From assembly GCA_038087875.1 (NCBI GenBank), contig CM075990.1:8000001-8064000 (forward strand): a DNA stretch of 64,000 nt, read 5' to 3'. The position numbers and the translations under genes are program-made. The notes under the pieces were generated by a model. That model saw nothing but the letters and a program-made list of their open reading frames with translations, had not been told where the DNA came from and did not search any database. This document shows, piece after piece, positions 60,401 to 64,000 of the stretch. The DNA is from Malacoraja senta (Eukaryota). How positions within the stretch are numbered: position 1 is the first letter of the stretch; each line of letters opens with the position of its first letter.

Positions 60401-62639
60401 TGTCCTACTCTTATATGTTAATAGATTATAGGACAGAATTAGGCCATTCAGCCTGTCAGGTCTACTCCACCATTCAATCATGGCTGATCTATCTTTCCCT
60501 CTCAACCCCATCCTCCTGCTTTCTTCAAGTAACCCCTGACACTTGCTCTATTAATTTTATAAGCACTGCTACCTTTACATTCCAGAAGGATCACAGGATA
60601 AGCACAGAAGGTCATTTGATCTGGGGTTCTGTTTAAATTTTTTTTTTCTTAATGTGGACATGGCTGGCAAGAACAAATTCATTACCCATCATTAATTGTC
60701 CCTGAGACAGTGGTGATAAGCCACCAACTTTTCTTGTTGCAGCCCTGCTGGTGAAATTACTTCGACAGTGCTGTCGGGAAGGAATTTCAAGCATTTAGCC
60801 TTGGTAATGTTGAAGAACCAACAATATATTTCCATGTAGATACAGGAGACTGAAATCTTGAGCTATAAAACAAACTGCTGGAGGAATTTAGTGGGTCGGG
60901 TAGGATCTGTGGAGAGGGATATGGACAGATCACGTTTTGAGATGAGATGCCTCTTCACCACTTTTAATGGTGTTCCTCAAACATTATTGGAAATGAATTT
61001 TACCATCAGTCCTTATAACTTTCCTCCCATTGCATCTTTATTTTGTGTCTTTTCTTTTAAATCTTTTCCCCGGTTCTTGAACTGTTCCATCGGTCTGAGC
61101 AAAGCCTCCGAAGTAAAATGCCGTCTATCCATTTCTATCCAGATACTCCCCGGCCTACTGATTACATTCCCAAGTTCAATTTAGTTATCAACTTGGAGGA
61201 GGAGGTTCTCCTGTGTGTCGTCGAGGTTGGGGTTTTGGGAGGTGCTGTCGGAGTAACCTATGCAAGAAAATGTACAGAATTTAGCAAGTGGCTTACACAG
61301 CAGCCTCTGTTGCACCATTGATGAAGGAGGTGAACATGTAGGGCAGTGGAAGATGTGAAGGTTAAGCAGCATGTTTTGTCCTGGATAGTGCTGAGTTTTT
61401 TTAGAGTTACTGGAGCTGTATTCATTCAGGCAAATGAAGAGTATTCCACCACGTCCCTCTTTGTAGATGGGGGAAAGGCTTTGGCAAATCCAGTTGGGTT
61501 TCTGATCAGTGGCAACTCTCAGGATTTTCCTGTGTTGCATCTTCGAAAAAGCTCATCCCAGTTCTTTCTTACTTCTCAATAACTCAATTTGTTTTTAGTT
61601 CAGTTCGCTTTCAGAACCTGCTGTTGAATTTTTTAAGACTGTATTTTGCAGATCAATACAACTTTTATTATACCAAAACAAATGCCTTGTGGTATAAAAC
61701 CCAAATGTTCATTTCAACATAGAGGCCATTCAGCCTTCTGACCTGCTGCAAGCTCCTTGAAGAGCAATCTTTTAATCCAGTTCACCTGCTCTTCCCCTCT
61801 GGCCCTACAAGTTATTTTCCTCAATTCCCCTTTAAATGAAAACTTCTGCTGATGATCTCCTCACATTATAGGCAATGATTTTATCATCAGTCCCTGCAAT
61901 TTTCCTCTCATTTCTACTTTATTGTTTGCCCTTTGTTCTAAATCCATGCCCCCAGTCCAAGAACTGTTCATCATTGCCTACAGCTTCTCCCTGTTAAACG
62001 TGTCATGATTTTGCACACCTCAATCAAAACCCATCCAATTGCACTTTCAATTAGGTTAAATCTGCACTCACATGGTGCTTGACTGTCAGAGGGAATGGGT
62101 TGTTATTATGTTGCTAAGGCCATTAATAAGCTTTGAACATATCTATAAAGTTTTCCCTTATCCATTTCTGTTTTAATGTGAACAAACCCAAAGTGTTAAT
62201 TCCACGTTCCTGATGTCCAACAGAACTGATTCCATTCTGGTAAGATTTTTCAAGAATCCTTCTAAAGGAGTGCCTGGATTTAGACTGATTAGATTTAGAC
62301 TGTTCCAACTGTGTTCTCGCTGGTTATTGATTATTTTTAAATAGCACAATTTTATACTTTATATATATTATGCTTTTATATATTATATGTCACTGCTTAT
62401 GCAGCCAACGAGCCCGTTTACTCTTGAAGGAGTCTTTACAATTTCCCGTCACCTTCACGGAATGTGCATTTTCTTCCAACAATCTCTGCACCTGCACCAT
62501 CTCAAATTTTTTGATTTATATTCTGTTTTCCCCATACTCTCTTTCAAAGTATATTACTTCAAACTTCTCTGCATTAAATTTCATCTGCCGTGAGTCTTTC
62601 TTTTATTTCACCTATATCTTGCATCTAGGATCATCAACT

Positions 62640-63057
62640 CTCCCCTCCCCTCAATCCATTCCATTTACCTCCAACGTACCTCAAAACGGGCAACAAAGAT
62701 CATCTCGGACCCCTCCCATCCAGCAAACCACCTTTTCCAGTCTCTCCCTTCAGGGAGGCGCCTTAGGTCACTTGCTACAAAATCCACCCGTTTTAAAAAC
62801 AGTTTCTTCCCCTCAGCAATAAGAACACTTAATTCCCTCCAATAACTTTTTGACTTTGATGTATACAGTGTCTTGTCTATGGTTTTTGTCTGTTCTTTTG
62901 CACTATGTATTGTTGGTGAGATTTGTGATTTGTGATGTGCTTTATTATTATTGTTGTTAGTGTTAATGTGCTAAAGCAGTGCCATCATGTACCGAACCCA
63001 ATTACCACCAACCCTGGTCGTGTGGCAAATAAAGTTTCTATTCTATTCTATTCTATT
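62640..63057 (+). mobile_element. Rex1/Babar-type LINE 3' end with (TTCTA)n tail
   Basis: KRATKIISDPSHPANHLFQSLPSGRRLRSL...FKNSFFPSAIRTLN; aataaagtttctattctattctattc. Confidence 0.82.
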
Positions 63058-63469
63058 CATTCCTAATCCCAATTCCTGGGGGAAGACTGCTGTACAGTTT
63101 GAAAAAATATCTATTTTGCCACTACTTTCTATTCCTTAGTTAACTTCTAATGCTTTTTGCTGCTGTTCCTTTAACCTGATATAAGCTTCAATTTTGCTCA
63201 TAAATTCTTTGTGGTGTTTTACCAAATAACATTTTAAAACATCTCGCTGTAACATCAGTTGATATTATTGCTTTCATTACATTTTGTTTTGCTTTGAATG
63301 ATCCACATTTCTTCTCCTTTATTAACCTGGTCTAGACAAGGGACATTTCACTATGTCTCAGAGTATTGTCCCCGAAGGATTCCCATGACCAATATTTTGC
63401 TGCATGGTCTGCAATGAATCCAAACCATTGCCAATTCTCCCACCATCCAAATCCTTTGGCAGGAAGGAT

Positions 63470-63630
63470 TTGGCAGGAGAATGGTGTTAGGAGGCAGCGG
63501 TAGATCAGCCATGATTGAATGGCAGAGTAGACTTGATGGGCCGAATGGCCTAATTCTGCTCTTATCACTTATGACCTTATTGAATAGGTCAGGTTGAAGG
63601 GCCTGTTTCCATGCTGTATTTCTAAATTAA
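63470..63630 (+). mobile_element. CR1 3' UTR remnants
   Basis: ggcaggagaatgg...tcagccatgattgaatggc...gggccgaatggcctaattctgctc. Confidence 0.75.
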
Positions 63631-64000
63631 ATCGTGAAAAGCTATGAGAGCTCAAGGAGCAGACAGCCATATTTTGACGAGACATTTTACCACCTTCTGG
63701 ATAACAGATGGAGTGCAAATTGTTCTGATAGTGATTGTGCTATCCTCCGTTATACCTTCTCTGACCTACTTTTTCTTCCATTACTAAACCCATTGCCATC
63801 TGCTATCGATTTCACCATCTTTTCATTATTTCATCTTTCCTGCCTTCTTTCCCGTTTTCCCTTCCCCCTCCTCCGTTACTCATGAAGATATGAGCTAGGA
63901 ATAGGACCAGGACACTCTATCCTTGAGCTTGCTCTGCCCTTCAGTAAGATTACGTAGAATCATACATAGTCAGACAGTGTTGAAACAGGCCTGTGCACCC

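Noticed and set aside
1..64000. Prokaryotic systems (CRISPR, operons, defence islands)
   Set aside because: The content is vertebrate SINE/LINE-rich non-coding DNA; no such features seen.

Overview
Eukaryotic, repeat-dominated intronic/intergenic DNA. The tRNA-derived V-SINEs (HE1-like), CR1/HER1-like LINEs and Penelope fragments point to a cartilaginous fish, probably a skate or ray (inference). I found no recognisable host gene; there is one good candidate exon (50737-50810, minus strand). All long ORFs are retrotransposon ORF2s (CR1, two L1, Rex1/Babar, an invertebrate-type CR1-group LINE) or a Penelope GIY-YIG endonuclease. The main finding is two sequence-divergent short retroposons (30600-30765 + and 48494-48635 -). 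Each begins exactly with a compact HDV-like ribozyme fold whose P1, P2 and P3 stems differ in sequence but stay paired. Each also has a body stem, an (AAG)n tail and an 11-bp target-site duplication (TSD). Also present: many minimal hammerhead motifs in Penelope termini, two nested Helitrons, PIF/Harbinger-like MITEs and several nested insertions with readable TSDs. Family names come from recognising motifs by eye, not from database searches, and boundaries of degenerate repeats are approximate.
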